A stretch of 49,871 nucleotides of DNA, from assembly GCA_014728035.1 (NCBI GenBank), contig WJMJ01000080.1, positions 1 to 49,871 on the forward strand. The letters run 5' to 3'. The position numbers and the translations under genes were made by a program. This document shows positions 39,287 to 49,247 of the stretch, one piece after another; position 1 is the first letter of the stretch, and every line of letters begins with the position of its first letter. This stretch comes from Promethearchaeota archaeon (lineage in GTDB: Archaea > Asgardarchaeota > Thorarchaeia > Thorarchaeales > Thorarchaeaceae). The notes beneath the pieces are model-generated. The model was not told the DNA's origin. It searched no databases and worked only from the letters and a program-made list of their open reading frames with translations.

Positions 39287-39627
39287 ATCTGAAATGAGGA
39301 AGTATGTTTACCTAAGAATCATAACAAGTTACTTGGATATGATATTAGGTACCTTACTATTTTTCTAATTTTTTCTCAACCTATTCTTTCAGGAATTGGG
39401 AATCTACTAGATTTCATTGTCTTGACTATTTCTTTCTAATATTGCAAGCTCGTGTGAATGATCTAAAAGCGAGTAATTTAGGTGTTCAAATTTCTCCTAG
39501 GCTGACGATCATCAATACTACATGGAACATGAAATATACTGAGATAAGAACATGCTCTCTTCTTTCAATCCTCAAATTCATTATTTACATACAATGAGGA
39601 TTTCTTTTTGTCTGCTAATTCTTAATT

Positions 39628-40356
39628 TTACTTCCCTTTGAGAAAAGCTTCAATTAGATTCATGATATGTTCAGTGATTTCTTCTTGGGTGAATCCAATC
39701 CTATCCAATACAGCACTACGAAGCTTAACCTCATCAGCCATTCCACTCATCAACATATACACGAATTGAGCGATATGAACATCATCCAAGTCTTTTCTTA
39801 TTGTACCATCTGATTTTCCTTTTCTAATGACCTTCATCCACAAATCTGTATTTCTCTTCAATTGAACATATAGTTCGATAAGGTAGGGTTCTTCGAAGTT
39901 CTTAAGCAATTTCTTGAATTCCTTCTTTTCCGTTCCTGCATCGATGATATCATACCATTTTTTTATCGTAACATTATGGAGTTGTACACGCTTGAAGAAT
40001 TCTCTCATGATGTCAAATATTATTCCTTTTTCTACACCAGATATGAATGCAGATTTTGCAAGTTGGAGAAACTGATCAATTCCTGGGATATCATTTGGAT
40101 AATTCTGTTCAATTCTGTCATTTGTAGTTTCAAACATCTGTCTTCCAATCTCAAAATAGATTGCATCCTTGTTCTGAAAATAATTGTACAACGTTGTACG
40201 ACTAACAAACGCTGATTCTGCAATCTCTTCTAGACTTACTTCTTCAAATGATCTTTTTGAGAACAACTTTTCAGCTGCGGTCAGAATATTTTGTTTGGTT
40301 CTCTCTTTTTTTCTGTAACGTAAGTTTTTCGTTTTTTGATCCTTTTTCGGTGTCAT
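39628..40356 (-). CDS. TetR/AcrR family transcriptional regulator
   Basis: ILTAAEKLFSKRSFEEVSLEEIAESAFVSRTTLYNYFQNKD. Confidence 0.92.
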   Translation of the reverse strand: MTPKKDQKTKNLRYRKKERTKQNILTAAEKLFSKRSFEEVSLEEIAESAFVSRTTLYNYFQNKDAIYFEIGRQMFETTNDRIEQNYPNDIPGIDQFLQLAKSAFISGVEKGIIFDIMREFFKRVQLHNVTIKKWYDIIDAGTEKKEFKKLLKNFEEPYLIELYVQLKRNTDLWMKVIRKGKSDGTIRKDLDDVHIAQFVYMLMSGMADEVKLRSAVLDRIGFTQEEITEHIMNLIEAFLKGK

Positions 40357-40486
40357 ATCATGGTACTAATTATTTACTCAATTTATAAATATTTACATTG
40401 AAACCATAATTAGTGTTATTGTATAATATTGTACTTATAGTAAAAGTTTATATGCAAAGTAAAGTGTACAAGTCAGGTGCTTAACT

Positions 40487-41137
40487 TTGAATCTTAGTAA
40501 ACTAAATGCAAAATTTGTAGGTCTTTTCATCATAATTACCTACTTGAGTTTGGTAATCAGTGGAATTATTCTTGCACCTTTGTTAGATGCCCCTGATATT
40601 TTGGCTGTTATATTTCCAAATGCCCTTATGTGGCAAGTTGGAGTATACGTTGAACTTGGAAATGCAATAGGTGTTCTAGGTATTGCTCTATTCATGTACC
40701 CATTTTTGAAAGAATATCATAAAGGACTAGCATTATTCTATGTTGGTATCCGATTAGTTGAATCAATATTCTCAGCGATTGCTTCCATGAGTCGATTACT
40801 CCTCATTGATATCAGTAGTGCATATTTGGACGCTGGTTCACCAAGTAATTCATATTATCAAGGCTTAGCTGATTTCGCACTTGCAATATACCACTGGGCT
40901 TTTGAGATGCCAACAGTCTTTTTCCTTATTGGAGCAGTGCTTTTCTATTTCCTACTGGAACAAACAGAATTGGTGCCTAGGTATATCACTATCTGGGGAT
41001 ATATAGCTGTAATTGCATTGTTAATCCTAAACATTTTTGGTGCATTCTTAGGTGTAATTGCATTTGTTTTCGCACTTCCAATAATAACGAATGAGATATT
41101 CTTAGCAATCTGGTTGATTGCGAAGGGTGATTTTTGA
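40487..41137 (+). CDS. DUF4386-like multi-TM membrane protein, divergent from TetR
   Basis: IALFMYPFLK...ALFYVGIRLVES, LVPRYITIWG, NEIFLAIWLIAKG. Confidence 0.7.
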   Translation: MNLSKLNAKFVGLFIIITYLSLVISGIILAPLLDAPDILAVIFPNALMWQVGVYVELGNAIGVLGIALFMYPFLKEYHKGLALFYVGIRLVESIFSAIASMSRLLLIDISSAYLDAGSPSNSYYQGLADFALAIYHWAFEMPTVFFLIGAVLFYFLLEQTELVPRYITIWGYIAVIALLILNIFGAFLGVIAFVFALPIITNEIFLAIWLIAKGDF

Positions 41138-41157
41138 TAGATTAGATGTGAATCTTA

Positions 41158-41198
41158 TGGAGATCACTTGGTCTCCAATCCCTTTTCTTTTTCTTTTC
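41158..41198 (+). terminator. Hairpin plus U-tract terminator
   Basis: TGGAGATC-ACTT-GGTCTCCA followed by CCCTTTTCTTTTTCTTTT. Confidence 0.6.
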
Positions 41199-41417
41199 AC
41201 CGTTGAATCTTGACTTCTATCTCTCATTATGGTCATTGTGAGTAGAACTTGTGCATGACTTTCTTCACTGATTTTATTGCTTCCTCATCTAGAGGTGCAT
41301 AGAACTCAAGACTTCACAATTCTATTTTCTTGATGAGTTATGAATTCTCGCAATCTGTTTCATTCACCTCTTCGAACGTTTTTGGTGCCCATACCTCTTT
41401 CTATCCTGTTCCTATGG

Positions 41418-41438
41418 AATAAATTAGAACACGTGTTC
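41418..41438. repeat. 21-bp direct repeat, copy 1 (AATAAATTAGAACACGTGTTC)
   Basis: Identical to 44319-44339; palindromic core GAACACGTGTTC. Confidence 0.85.
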
Positions 41439-41623
41439 CAAAACTCTACTTCTCAAAACCTTTTTCGAATCTTTTCAAAAGTTAAGAATTCTGTTGATCT
41501 CGCGTGTGCAGCACTAATTGCTGACTCTGAAATACATCCTACTAATCGTGAAAAAAAGCTCTATCTCAAATCACACTTGAGTCTCTATTTATGATAGTCA
41601 AAATGAAATTGATATAACCTTTG

Positions 41624-41653
41624 AAAAAAGTAGAAGTCCCGCCCGAAGGCGGG
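41624..41653 (-). terminator. GC hairpin with UUCG loop plus U-tract
   Basis: Minus strand CCCGCC-TTCG-GGCGGG-ACTTCTAC-TTTTTT, just after the 833-aa gene stop. Confidence 0.8.
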
Positions 41654-41661
41654 TAGTAGAT

Positions 41662-44163
41662 TTATTGCTTACGTTTACGACTGAAAACAACTACACCAAT
41701 GATGACGACTAATACCACTGCTGCAATGATGAGCAAGGTATTGATGTCTAGGTCTCCTATCAATGATGATGCAGTTATTTTCACTAAGACTGTATCAGAC
41801 ACTTCTTGACCATATGCATCAGTTACTGTCAATGTTACTTCATAACCAGCGGCTTCCCAGTCAGTCAAATCGACCGTTACGGAGTTTCCATCCCAGACAT
41901 CTGTAGTTTCTGTTGAACCATTTATAGTAATGGTATAACTGTCTGGACTGATGCTATATGGTGTCCAAGTGATTTCATGGGGGCCATCTGAGCCTGCTTG
42001 GAATTCTATGTCTGATGGACTGTCGATTGAAGGCCGTAGCATGAACACGATCTGATTAATCCACAACTCAAAGTTGTCTTTGTATGCTGATTCATCAGTA
42101 TCTCCGTTGTATTGATCTATCAAGTACCCATTGTAGAGAGATCTACCATTCAATCCAAGTACAATAGAAGCTTCATCTGCGGTTACGGATGATGCATATC
42201 CTGCAATAGCTGTTGCGTTATCAAACACAGTAAGAGCTTCACCAGTTCGACCATAGTCCTCTCCTCCCGAAACATATGATTCTCCGAGATCAATAGGATT
42301 ATTGAAGATTGGATGTCCTGCGTCCCAGAAATATGTGGTAGATGCTACTGTCTTTTCATCTGCATAAGCAAATCCTAGTTTTGCCCAAAGTGGCTCATCC
42401 GGATGTGTTACAGTCCAATAATATGATATGATCAATTTTCCACCAGTATCAAGATAATCACTTGTATCATTAGTATAACCCATTGCAGCCCAAGGTGAGT
42501 CAAAAATAACAAGATCCCATTCATACCAATACAAGCTCCTATTGTAGAAATCCTGATTTCTAACTGGGAAATAGTTCAAACCAAGTTCATTGAGAGCAAG
42601 AGCAGCAGGTGATTTTTGAATTATAGTGAACGGATAATTTGTGTAGTACAGAATCTTCGCATCTGTAGAGGTTAACCAATCGGCGGCGTCAACAGCGTAG
42701 TATTTGTTTCCAGAGGTTTTAAGACGCAAACTATCAAAGATATTGATATCTGAAAAGAGTAGGACTCTTCCCTCACCATATTCCTGTGCAGCTACTACGA
42801 TGTTGTTCCCGTATTTGTAAACTGCTTTTGCATCATTCCCTGTGAGATTGATGTAATTTCGATAACTGATTCCTATACTTCCAGAAGTCTTGGCTGAAAT
42901 ATGGTATGGTGTAGCTCTGATTGCAGTCTGATCATCCAATACATTATATGAACCGATCTCCATATCATAGTCCGCAAGCAGTTCATTGATACGTTCGTTC
43001 CCTCCTGATGGTAAGAATCCTGATCGATCTCCCATAACCAACATTGATCCCCCATCTGCTACCCAATTATTGATTGTTGACATTTCAGTTGTAGTATAAT
43101 TCAAGTCAGGCCAACTGAGAATTATCATATCATATTGTTCAAGTCTTTCAGTTGTGAAGTTACCTTCGGATGAGGGGAAGAACTTGTCAAAGGTGTATGA
43201 ATGATTGACGAGTAGATTCCTGTACTCTCCATAATTATTGGTAGGACTCCAAGTTGTTGCGAATTCGTCCCAACTGTCCACATGTAATCGTGGTTGATGT
43301 GAGAAGTCAAATGCAATCCTCGCCTTTGGTCTTGGTGCTAACCAATCTACAGCATCAATTACTAAATTGTTGATGTCATTGCTCCATGGGTCAATAGGTA
43401 TACCGATGTGCACGACTTTTCCTCCCTTATCGTTAGGATCACTAGCAACAATAACAGCCTCATTTGGATCAGCTGCTGATAGGGCTAGAATCTCTACTGA
43501 ACTATATATGGAGGCTGTTGAGAGGCTATCAACAAGGTACGTACCATAATTCAAAGTAGTATATGTTAGTTGGTCTGTTACATCATAGGATTTTGTAACC
43601 GGATGTAGTGTCTGAATCTCTGCTGGTCCAGTACTAACATAATTCCAGAATGCATATCTGCCATCATCTATACTCTCGTTTTCTCTAGGCAATATTCCTG
43701 CCCAACCAAGATATCCGATTGAACTATCGAAACTGAGAACACCTCCACCTCCTAGCCAGAATTCTTTAACATGGTTCGAGATATTTTCTCGTGGATTATT
43801 ATCAGGTAAGACAATTACATCATAATCTGCTAATATAAGCTTATAATCCAGAATATCTTGGAAAGTGATTCTGTCAACTGAATATCCAGCATTATCCAAT
43901 ACACTGTAAATGATTGAATAATTGGTATTCATGCTTCCTTGTGTGTAAGCTGGACATGTAAAATTAGTTTCATTATATAATGCAACACGAATTTCTCTAT
44001 CTGGTAGAGCACTTGGCGTTGAGGTTTCATAAAGGGGTGAAGTATCCGATGTAATTTGACTGGATGATATTGATGGTGATATCGCTGAAGGCACCATGAA
44101 TATTCCTGTCAAAAACAAAGTAACCATAATAAGAAGGCTGACGCGTTTCATACCTATCCTCAA
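41662..44163 (-). CDS. Secreted surface protein with repeated GATase-like/DUF4350-type domains, an Ig-like domain and a C-terminal TM anchor
   Basis: Signal peptide; repeated L-x-x-YD-V/M-I-V/I-L...W-x-x-x-GG-x-x-L units; YGEGRVLLFSD; Ig-like YEVTLTVTDAYGQEVSDTV; TM then RKRKQ. Confidence 0.75.
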   Translation of the reverse strand: MRIGMKRVSLLIMVTLFLTGIFMVPSAISPSISSSQITSDTSPLYETSTPSALPDREIRVALYNETNFTCPAYTQGSMNTNYSIIYSVLDNAGYSVDRITFQDILDYKLILADYDVIVLPDNNPRENISNHVKEFWLGGGGVLSFDSSIGYLGWAGILPRENESIDDGRYAFWNYVSTGPAEIQTLHPVTKSYDVTDQLTYTTLNYGTYLVDSLSTASIYSSVEILALSAADPNEAVIVASDPNDKGGKVVHIGIPIDPWSNDINNLVIDAVDWLAPRPKARIAFDFSHQPRLHVDSWDEFATTWSPTNNYGEYRNLLVNHSYTFDKFFPSSEGNFTTERLEQYDMIILSWPDLNYTTTEMSTINNWVADGGSMLVMGDRSGFLPSGGNERINELLADYDMEIGSYNVLDDQTAIRATPYHISAKTSGSIGISYRNYINLTGNDAKAVYKYGNNIVVAAQEYGEGRVLLFSDINIFDSLRLKTSGNKYYAVDAADWLTSTDAKILYYTNYPFTIIQKSPAALALNELGLNYFPVRNQDFYNRSLYWYEWDLVIFDSPWAAMGYTNDTSDYLDTGGKLIISYYWTVTHPDEPLWAKLGFAYADEKTVASTTYFWDAGHPIFNNPIDLGESYVSGGEDYGRTGEALTVFDNATAIAGYASSVTADEASIVLGLNGRSLYNGYLIDQYNGDTDESAYKDNFELWINQIVFMLRPSIDSPSDIEFQAGSDGPHEITWTPYSISPDSYTITINGSTETTDVWDGNSVTVDLTDWEAAGYEVTLTVTDAYGQEVSDTVLVKITASSLIGDLDINTLLIIAAVVLVVIIGVVVFSRKRKQ

Positions 44164-44318
44164 TTATAGATGACTAGATTGCCATATAAACTATAGCAGA
44201 CTAATAACTTGTAGAATTGTCCTACATCTCTTTTATTTTCTCAATGTATTCCTTAAGACCGGATTCATCTATTTTCGAAGATCTTGTAGAATTCATACTT
44301 GCTTGAATATCCATTTTC

Positions 44319-44342
44319 AATAAATTAGAACACGTGTTCTAA
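44319..44342. repeat. 21-bp direct repeat, copy 2, extending into a perfect 18-bp palindrome TTAGAACACGTGTTCTAA (44325-44342)
   Basis: Read directly; matches 41418-41438. Confidence 0.85.
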
Positions 44343-44472
44343 ATACATGTCTATCTTACACTTGCTTTTTGGAAATATCGAAAGTTATCCAGAAAATGTA
44401 ATGTGTCAAAAGGTATTCTATAGAGTATTAGATCTCTTCTGGACTGGTTTTCCAGAAGAGTATCTACTATTG

Positions 44473-45162
44473 TCAGAGGAAAATACTATCCCCATACCAT
44501 CCAGTGTTCCAAGCAACTTGTCCCATTGTGTACATGACGCCATTTCCATTGTCATTATACCTTGGTGTTTCACTGCGGCTATCCATTGCAGCTGCATAGA
44601 CAAAAGCTTCACGCATGGAGATATCTCCATCCTGATTGAAATCTGCATCACAAGCTCCATCGCCATTGAGGTGCCAACCAATGAGACCACTCATGAAGTG
44701 ATAGACAAACTCATCCCATTGACCTTCTGTGTCACAACCTGCAGAACCCTCATCATCCCCACAAGCAGTTAGAATCACTCGTTCAGGGGCGCTGATGTAT
44801 TCTATGAATTTTCCAGATACACATTGCTCCATTACAATAATCATATGCTGACACGTTATTGAATCTAGCAAGGACGCTACATGATTGTGAGTGAGTACCC
44901 CTGCCGAGTCCATGGGATTCCACACACTGATACCGCCATATCCTCCATGATTCGTTGTATAGAAGAATAATGTGTCACGCGACCCCATTTCCGTACTGAG
45001 ATCATCGAAGAGTGTATTCATGGATGGGTTAGTGGCAGGGTAATCCACCGTTGTGTATGGGTCTTCTGCAACACCATCCTTGTATACAATGTATATATTC
45101 TCAGCCTCATACCCGTGCATTAACAGAATGAAGTTCATGTATATGATGTCATTCCAGTAGCG
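44473..45162 (-). pseudogene. C-terminal (catalytic) part of an interrupted C13/legumain-like clan CD peptidase
   Basis: RYWND..., His motif FFYTTNHGG, Cys motif IIVMEQCVSG, RVILTA, DFNQDGDISMREAF. The first 30 aa of track ORF 44473-45252 come from the insert. Confidence 0.85.
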
Positions 45163-45329
45163 ATTGTTTCTCCTAAGAGAATATAATCTCATGAAGGTTC
45201 CTGATAAAAGATGAGTTTCTGTTTCTCTCTTCATCATCACTATATTGGTCATTAGGAATGTCTCGTTAGAATGGATATACTCAAAGAATGAGTTTATATC
45301 CGGTCAAGAGTATCCGTACTTGATAGAGG

Positions 45330-46391
45330 ATGACTCCTTATACAGGGTTTCGTACGGTGTTCAAGACGTGCCAACAAGAGGGGAATTGTACAAGTGTTGA
45401 AGTACAGAACCAATACGATCTAAACCTACTCAATAACTACTCCTCAATTACCGAAGTGTTCATCAGAGGAGCCTCAAGGCAACTGGATCTGACTCCCCTC
45501 AAAAGATGTACTTATCTGAAAGAATTAACATTCTATGATTGTTCTCTCTCTTCTCTCGACATCACTCCCATAGTGGATCATCCAAATCTTGAGACTTTAT
45601 ACCTATCATCAACAGGATTGAAATCTTTGATTTACTCCTCTCAGATAAATTGGCCGTCGTTGAAGTCGCTAAGAATCATAGACACGCATCTCTCAACACT
45701 AGATCTCTCATTCATATCGGTGAGTGAGGGGTTGAGGTATCTGCACCTCATGAACAACTGTCTGGATTCTCTGGATCTATCTCTACTACGTTCATGTCGT
45801 GAATTAGACACGTTAAATATTTCCAATAATCAGCTCTCAAACATTGATCTCTCTCCTATTGCCACTCATAAATTTCTGAGTAGACTGGATATCTCGGACA
45901 ATATGTTGACCTCTTCTTTGGATCTGTCGGATATCACTGCTCCTCTATGGAATGGTATCGATCTCTCAGGAAATTGTCTGGACTCTGTAACTCTATCCAA
46001 ACACATACGGGGAAAAATCAATCTATCTAAGAATCGCCTGACTTCTATCAATCTATCTCCTCTCTCACAAATGCAGACTGTGAAGATCAATCTCTCTCAA
46101 AATGAACTCTCAGAGATAGATCTCTCTCCTCTAAGCAACAGATACTGGGGCATCGATAGAGACCTGTTCTTCGGCAATGACTATGTCCATGGACTGGAAG
46201 GGACAGTTGATAGGCTAGAGTTAGACCTCTCTCACAATCTGCTCAGGACTATCGATCTAACCCCTCTTGCAACAATACCTCGGATAGCATACCTAGATAT
46301 ATCCGATAATCCGCTGGATCAGATCGAGAAGACTCTGTTCTCTAAGAGTGACAACGAAAAAGTTGCTATCCTCGGGTTCTCATATAGATAG
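45330..46391 (+). CDS. Leucine-rich repeat protein (cargo)
   Basis: More than 10 LxxLxLxxNxLxxLDLxxL-type repeats. Confidence 0.9.
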   Translation: MTPYTGFRTVFKTCQQEGNCTSVEVQNQYDLNLLNNYSSITEVFIRGASRQLDLTPLKRCTYLKELTFYDCSLSSLDITPIVDHPNLETLYLSSTGLKSLIYSSQINWPSLKSLRIIDTHLSTLDLSFISVSEGLRYLHLMNNCLDSLDLSLLRSCRELDTLNISNNQLSNIDLSPIATHKFLSRLDISDNMLTSSLDLSDITAPLWNGIDLSGNCLDSVTLSKHIRGKINLSKNRLTSINLSPLSQMQTVKINLSQNELSEIDLSPLSNRYWGIDRDLFFGNDYVHGLEGTVDRLELDLSHNLLRTIDLTPLATIPRIAYLDISDNPLDQIEKTLFSKSDNEKVAILGFSYR

Positions 46392-46861
46392 TCCTTGATA
46401 CATTCCGAGAATGATACCTCTTCTTACCATGCACTGTGGGTTTGAATAGCGTACTTCGATTTGCAATATGTCTATCAATTTTTTGGATGTTTCATTTCTC
46501 TTTGACACAATGAGAATCTCATCATTGATGTATGACGAAGATTTACTGATAATCTCTGTTTTGAAATCTTGCGACCTTATTTGATTATGAATCACAATCT
46601 CCACGAGCGACAAGAGTACGAAGAGAGCAAAACAAACAATGAATAATGCATCTCCAAATCCAAGCACACTACTTAGTCCAAAACCAATATTTAGCAATAT
46701 TGAAACAACCACAAGGAATGCAGCTATGATCTGCCAAAGTGTGGTTGTGGTTGCCCTTATATCGGCCCATGATTCCTTTACACAATGGACAAGAACGGAT
46801 AATAATGCATTATCTATATCCGAGATTTCTTTACTGCATCTTTTAATTCCTTTTTGGACAT
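46380..46861 (-). pseudogene. Frameshifted two-TM membrane protein (cargo)
   Basis: ATG 46861 gives MSKKELKDAVK then an early TAG. One extra A at GTAAAGAAATC joins it to the open frame EISDIDNALLSVLVHCVKESWADIRATTTTLWQIIAAFL..., which continues into track ORF 46380-46712. Confidence 0.55.
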
Positions 46862-47007
46862 TAACAAAACATCCCCTGATTCACTTTGTAATGAAATAAG
46901 ATGAATGTTTCTTAGACCGGAGTATTTCATCAGAAGTTACTATTCTAGAGGTTAATAAAACAATCCAATCCGAAACTATAACTATCTTAAATTGAATCAA
47001 TCAGAAC

Positions 47008-48453
47008 ATGTCAAGTATGCTGAGTGTTGTAGGAGCATCTCGAATCAGTAATACGGTCTATTTTGCTGCAGGTTCTATACTTTGGACTGCTTTACTTGTT
47101 TGGGTTGATTTTAACTTAACTGTGGATATAAATACAGGTCTTGTGGTAGTTGGAGGAAGTTCGATATTTGGTACTATTTTTTGGGCAATTACACTCGAAA
47201 AACGCGTGTTGTTTCCAATTATCCATTATTTGACCATGAAAAGAGCCAGAGATTTTACACGATGGATGGCAAACGATTTGCTGCTGATAAAACCATGGCA
47301 AACTTCTATTGTACCTTATGTATCAATTGAAGAAAAACTGGAATGTGAAGTAGAATCGATATTGCGGTCTAAACTGCTTGAACCAGATATGGAACGACTC
47401 TTTATGCTATTCTATCTATTGTTAACAAGTATTCCGTTTGGATATCTAGTTATTAATTCAATTCCAATAGAATTCTCACTCAGAATTAATGTGCTTTCTT
47501 GTGCTGTTCTAGTGGGATTTATCCTATACATCGTAATCAGTATATTTGTACTATATGACCTCAGAGAAAGGCCCAGAAATATTCTCACTCTTAGCTATTT
47601 TGATTGGTTAAGAACTACCATAAGTAATGATCGAAGTCGTCGAGAAAGAAAAATATTCAGGTCCCGTTCTGGACCAACTCATAGATTGGAGGAGTTAGAG
47701 GTTCTCTATGACTTCTCCGGTGAAGTATTAGTTCAAATGAGAACGAAACACTGGAAATGGCTTGATGAAGCTCTTGCGAGTTATCGTGACCTTCGTGGAC
47801 CTATCTTCTCTTTGACTTCATTCCAGAATGATTACAATGATTTCATCGAAGATATACTTCATTGTTTTAGACTTCAAAAAGGAACAACTCATCTTGATAC
47901 TCAAAAGCAAAATATCTACAGCGTTGTTCTAAGGACTGGAGCGGTACAATCAATCAGCGAAATCTTGGATGTGATTGAGAGTGTCAAACATATCAAAATT
48001 CCATGGGATATTCCAGATCTTCGTTACATTGAAGAAACCAAAGACATACTAAAGGTATTTAGATCTATAGCGAATTTGTTCAGTGTAGCAAATTACGTAA
48101 GATTACTCAAGTCAATGGATTCGGTTTCTTTCAAATTTATGTCTGCTAATGTATGCAAAGAATTGGCTCAACACGTTTACCTGCATTGCGAACAAAAAAC
48201 ACCATCATTTCAAAGTGATCCTACACCTGAACGTGTAATACTATACCTCTTAGAGGCATCAAAATCGAAATGTATTTCTAGTACAGATGTATTTTCAATC
48301 GGACAAAAATGGAAAGTATCTCCCTCCAAGTATATTTCAAAGTTATCCAATGACCAATCTCGTTTGTTTTATGAATACTTCTGGAACCGGAACACAACTA
48401 AACTAAAAACACCTATTTGTGATGGAGTATCGTTATTATTGAATCGAAACTAA
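47008..48453 (+). CDS. Hypothetical protein with 4 N-terminal TM helices and a helical cytoplasmic domain (cargo)
   Basis: 481-aa ORF; no recognisable catalytic motif. Confidence 0.65.
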   Translation: MSSMLSVVGASRISNTVYFAAGSILWTALLVWVDFNLTVDINTGLVVVGGSSIFGTIFWAITLEKRVLFPIIHYLTMKRARDFTRWMANDLLLIKPWQTSIVPYVSIEEKLECEVESILRSKLLEPDMERLFMLFYLLLTSIPFGYLVINSIPIEFSLRINVLSCAVLVGFILYIVISIFVLYDLRERPRNILTLSYFDWLRTTISNDRSRRERKIFRSRSGPTHRLEELEVLYDFSGEVLVQMRTKHWKWLDEALASYRDLRGPIFSLTSFQNDYNDFIEDILHCFRLQKGTTHLDTQKQNIYSVVLRTGAVQSISEILDVIESVKHIKIPWDIPDLRYIEETKDILKVFRSIANLFSVANYVRLLKSMDSVSFKFMSANVCKELAQHVYLHCEQKTPSFQSDPTPERVILYLLEASKSKCISSTDVFSIGQKWKVSPSKYISKLSNDQSRLFYEYFWNRNTTKLKTPICDGVSLLLNRN

Positions 48454-49247
48454 CCATGTGTATCGATTTTGCCTCTCTGATGATTACTTTGAGATGTTTG
48501 AAGGTTATATATTCGATTTCACGTACACCCATCAGTTCTTGGATATCCGCATGGGAAGAATCCCCATCTCTTAATAGAAAATCAATTAACATAGGATAAT
48601 ATCCTCCGAAGTGATGAGTATGGCAACTTCTTCTTTCGATACCTAATCCAATTTACAAATCCCAAAAATACAGATAATTTCCTATCTTATAGGTTCTATT
48701 TGGATGAAACAGCAATAGAAATGATACCTATTGGCAATAATCAATAAGGATTATTATTCCTCTTATTTCCTTTTCTACCAATGTTCTTTTAGCTTTAACT
48801 GACAATACAAACGAAAAACGTGAGAGAAACTCGTGGTTTGACTTCGCGTGTTGTGGATAATAAACTAAAAAGCATTGAAATCTTCCATGATCGAGCTGAG
48901 AATGGACAGATTCATCCATCAAAATAGTGATGCTGAAACTATACTATCGTATTGTCATCTACTTCATGATGATTTCAGTCAACTCTAGATTCTTGCTCTC
49001 CCTTGGAATGAGAATTTTGTTTCAACAAAACTACAAAATCAGACTATCGAGTTAGAGGTCAAACTTAGTTCAACTCAAGCATGAATGGACTGACTGAGCA
49101 ACTCAGTTGCACAATGATAGTCTAAGTCTGACTAGGTGATTAATTTGCTTATATTGTCTATCCTTGTTTGATGGATTTTGATGTGATTTTTGAAGAAGAG
49201 CATCTTAACTTTCACGCGCTGAAATGTGGTTGAAAGTTACTACGATC

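Larger units (their letters stand above)
45163..49247. mobile_element. ~4.08-kb non-autonomous insert interrupting the peptidase gene
   Basis: Removal rejoins ...SGGIKPEKAYY to RYWND... in frame. CGAT at both junctions (45161-64, 49243-46); hairpins at both ends; no integrase or transposase inside. Confidence 0.75.

Noticed and set aside
45272-45301. Archaeal dif/Xer site (GGATATA...TTATATCC)
   Set aside because: The spacer is much longer than the 6 bp required; more likely an operator or promoter of the LRR gene.
45163-49247. Insert as an intein, group II intron or integron cassette
   Set aside because: Length is not a multiple of 3 and it holds genes on both strands; no GUGYG start, domain V or RT; the AAC...GTT hairpin at 49206-49239 is too short for attC and does not fit GTTRRRY. 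Splicing is not formally excluded without RNA data.
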